This document shows, piece after piece, positions 60,701 through 64,000 of a stretch of DNA of 64,000 nt. This DNA is from Azolla caroliniana (lineage: Eukaryota > Plantae > Polypodiophyta): positions 6,882,001-6,946,000 of the forward strand of contig JBHGNT010000004.1 of the NCBI GenBank assembly GCA_043228905.1, in the 5' to 3' direction. The position numbers and the translations under genes were made by a program. Position 1 is the first letter of the stretch. Each line of letters starts with the position of its first letter. Under the pieces are notes generated by a model that was not told where the DNA came from, searched no databases, and saw only the letters and a list, made by a program, of their open reading frames with translations.

Positions 60701-63700
60701 GGATCGATGACTCAACAGATAGCCGAATAGGATATAGTTAGTTACAAAGTTTTGTAATTCTTGATAATTATAGGTAGTAGGATTTCTTGATGAGAAAAGA
60801 ACTTCGGGTTACCTATAAAAGGAACTGAAGGCATTGTAAAAATCTATCGTTGTATTTAGTAATATAAAGTTTAGTTAGGAAACCTCTGTGTACGAATCGC
60901 TCTTGCTATCTATTTACTTCGGTCTAAGCTATATTACATAAGTCACGATCTCGGTGTCTGTTATCACCGATAAGATTACAACTAATTCGTATCTATTCTT
61001 CTAACCACAACTTCTTGATAGAACGTTCGGTACGAACGTTCGTCTTATATTGTGTCGGCAAAGTAGTAATTGTTAACCGAACAACATAGTATAATTTTGG
61101 CACGCCCGGTTACATCTGCACATAGTAGAGAACAAGACGAATGGATGTCGTCTGGTCTAGATACACCAATCGGTTGTAAACGTCCTCGTATGCGTTCTGT
61201 TACGAAGGCACTAGAGACAGAATCAGCTGAGGAATTACAGCCGGAAACAAGTAGAAGGTGGTCTGTACTTCTTGATTTAAGTGATAGCCAGTCTTGAGAC
61301 GAAAATAAGCCGAAGGAGGTATCATTTTACAATGTCTGAAGTGAGGACAATATGCCTTATCCGTATTCTAAGTTCTGCGAGGGAGCTGATGCAGAAGCGC
61401 ATGTGAGGGATTTCCTAACAACATGGGAGATTAACCATGGAGCTCAGAGACTGTCGGCAGCAACCGAAGATAAGTCTAAGATTGCTGAGTTCGTTTTGTC
61501 ATTGGAGGGTTATTTCGCTTATTGGTTTGCACAAAATGGTGTCCGTGGGTTCGAAACATTCGAACAATTGACCAACAAATTTCTGTAGTTATTTCATTGT
61601 CAGATACCTCAAAAGGATTTGATAGCACAATTTTTTGCGTTGTATCAAGAGTAGCATGAAATGGTGTCTCAATTCGTGATCCGTTTTCAGAATTTACAAC
61701 TTCAAATTTCCAGGCCTATTCTGGACAATGAATTGAAGGATGTATTCCTTGAAGCAATTCGTGAACCATTATGAAGAACACCGAAGGTGTTTGATTTCCG
61801 GAATTAGAATATCGAGCAAGTGATTGATAAGGCAATCACTATGGGCCGACCACAGATAAATGTACGGAGTATGGATATGTCAACACTAAATCGTACACTG
61901 CCAACGATGGAGGAATGATTTTCGGATTATCATCAAAATTCTGATTTTCGGATTATCATCAGGACTCGGACAAGTATGGATGCGTCAGAGTCGGAGTCAA
62001 AGTCGGATCGACATTTCGGATCGATGACTCAGCAGATAGCCGAATAGGATATAGTTAGTTACGAAGTTTTGTAAATCTTGATAATTATAGGCAGTAGGAT
62101 TTCTTGATGAGAAAAGACCTTTGGGTTACCTATAAAAGGAACCGAAGACATTGTAAAAATCTATCGTTGTATTTAGTAATATAAAGTTTAGTTAGGAAAC
62201 CTCTATGTACGAATCGCTCTTGCTATCTATTTCCTTCGGTCTAAGCTATATTACATAAGTCACGATCTCGGTGTCTGTTATCACCGATAAGTTTACAACT
62301 AATTCGTATCTATTCATCTAACCACAACTTCTTGATAGAACGTTCGGTACGAATGTTCGTCTTATACTGTGTCGGCAAAGTAGTAATTGTCGACCGAACA
62401 ACAGTCCTAGAGTCGGTAGCCGATTTTGCCATCTAGTCCATAACCAAGGAAGATACATTTCCGGGACCTTGGTGCAAGTTTGTGGCAATCGTCTTTCGGT
62501 ATGAGGGCGTACGCCTCGCACCCGAAAATCCTTAGTTTGTCGTAATTTGGCTTACTATCGGTCCATAATTCCTAAGGTATTTGAAGTCCTAGAGGCCTAC
62601 TTGGCGACATATTGATTATGTGTGCTACCGTGAGTAGGACCTCTGCCTAGAAGCTATATGACAATCCGGAATGTTGGAGCATGGAAACTATCCTTTCTTG
62701 AATTGTCTGATTCATTCGCTGGACAATTCCATTCTGCTCCGGACTATAGGGTGTCGTATATTCACGTTGAATGCTACTCCGTTAGAAAAATTTGATGAAT
62801 TCTTCAGACTTGAACTCTCCTCCTTTATTGGTTCGAAGGCATTTCAGCTTTCGATTGTTCTGGTTCTCTATCATAGCGAGCAAATCAGAAAAAATCAAGA
62901 ACACACGATCTTTGGTTTTGATAGGATAAGCCCACACCTTGCGAGTAAAGTCGTTGATAAAGCTGACAAAATACAAAGCACCGCCGAGAGACTGATGTGG
63001 CATAGGACCATAGATGTCCGAGTGGACCAAATTAAGTGGACTCGATTCTCTTGGTGCTGAAGTCGGGTGTGATGCGGTATCTGTTTGCCATACTGGCAAT
63101 GCTCACGTAACTGATGATCAGTGAAGGAGATTTTAGGGATGTATCTGGCTCAAGATAGATGTGTGATTCCGTCCTTGCTGAGGTGTCTGAGTTGTCCATG
63201 CCATAGTGATGACACGGGAATGTCGACCAGGAACAAGTCACCCTCTTTGAGTGTGACCTATAATGGGTACAACGAATGTACTTTTGGTCCTTTACCAAGC
63301 AGGAGGTTCCCCTTGTGGAGTGTCCATCCTCTTGATGAGAAGCCAATACGAATGTCGTCGTCATCAAGTTCTCCGACTGAGATCAATGTTCTTGAGATCT
63401 CAAGTACATGTCGGACATTGTAGTATCATTGTAGAGCAACTGGAAGGTTAAGCTCTACTATGCCGATTCCGATTATGGCGCAGTGTTGCAAATTTCTGAC
63501 TCTAACTGAGTCGGAATGTCGGGTTGAGTATTGCCGAAATTGGGATCGATGAGGGGTCACATGATATGAAGTGCCAGAATCCAAGAGCCATGTGCTCAAT
63601 TCCTCAGTCGTAAGCAGAACTTCTGATTCGACTGGGTTATGAATGGCTAGTATGTTCGGGTCGCTCTACAGTACTTTGGCTAAAGAGCCGACATAATTGA

Positions 63701-64000
63701 CCTCCTCATGCCGGCCACTCTTTTGATCCACTCATTGAGCGTTGTCGATTATTTCCGCTTTGATGTGTCTGGGTTGCTTGCAATAATTGTAAACTCGATT
63801 ATCCCAGGATTTGCTCCGACTTCGCTGGTTGTTCGACTATTGAGAGGAACTTCTTCCTCGATTCTTCGATTGGTCAGTCGAACCTTGTACTACATAAGCG
63901 TCATTGGCCAAATCGTTTGCAAAGGATTTCCTCCAAGCTAATTCAGTTAGAATTCCTTGACAACAATAGTCGACGCATTGCACGCAGTAGTGACGAAAAT
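57765..64000 (-). mobile_element. Decayed Copia element I (3' LTR about 57765-58555, PPT 58556-58562, RH-RT-INT-PR-gag), continuing past the window end
   Basis: Motifs VPYAPAIDSLMYAM, ISWKSKLQ, LRKSLYSLKQAPR, LVHSDIYGPMP, and WLLDSGTSYH near 63560-63595. Confidence 0.88.
60631..62403 (+). mobile_element. Internally deleted non-chromoviral Gypsy element J (Tat-like) nested in the integrase of I. LTRs 60631-61086 and about 61964-62403.
   Basis: TSD GTCCC/GTCCT; host reads GYRL*D|LEHRQIIRS across it. PBS TGGCACGCCCGGT 61098-61110 (tRNA-Arg type). Only a decayed gag (61352 to about 61900), no pol. Confidence 0.85.

Overview
AT-rich land-plant nuclear DNA. A non-seed plant such as a fern is plausible given the Tcn1-like chromoviruses, but this is inference. 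About 1-24 kb holds three spliced genes among TE debris: the last exon of plastid Clp protease subunit ClpP4 (+), a two-exon methyl-CpG-binding-domain gene (+), and an 8-exon PB1-domain B4 Raf-like kinase (-) with a dense ABRE/G-box array upstream. From 28 to 64 kb is a nest of about ten LTR retrotransposons, most of whose boundaries can be fixed from TSDs, PBS and PPT. The most notable system is a chromodomain Gypsy family present as two diverged copies (30564-35850 on -, 48420-54084 on +). It has no tRNA PBS; instead a 12-nt PBS is complementary to the predicted transcript 5' end, with a compensatory A:T to G:C change between copies (Tf1-type self-priming). It also carries a tRNA-spaced Pol III A/B-box cassette that doubles as a long hairpin at the U3 tip of every LTR, and a G-UUA-AAC plus stem-loop -1 frameshift signal between gag and pol. 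All calls were made by eye; no searches were run.
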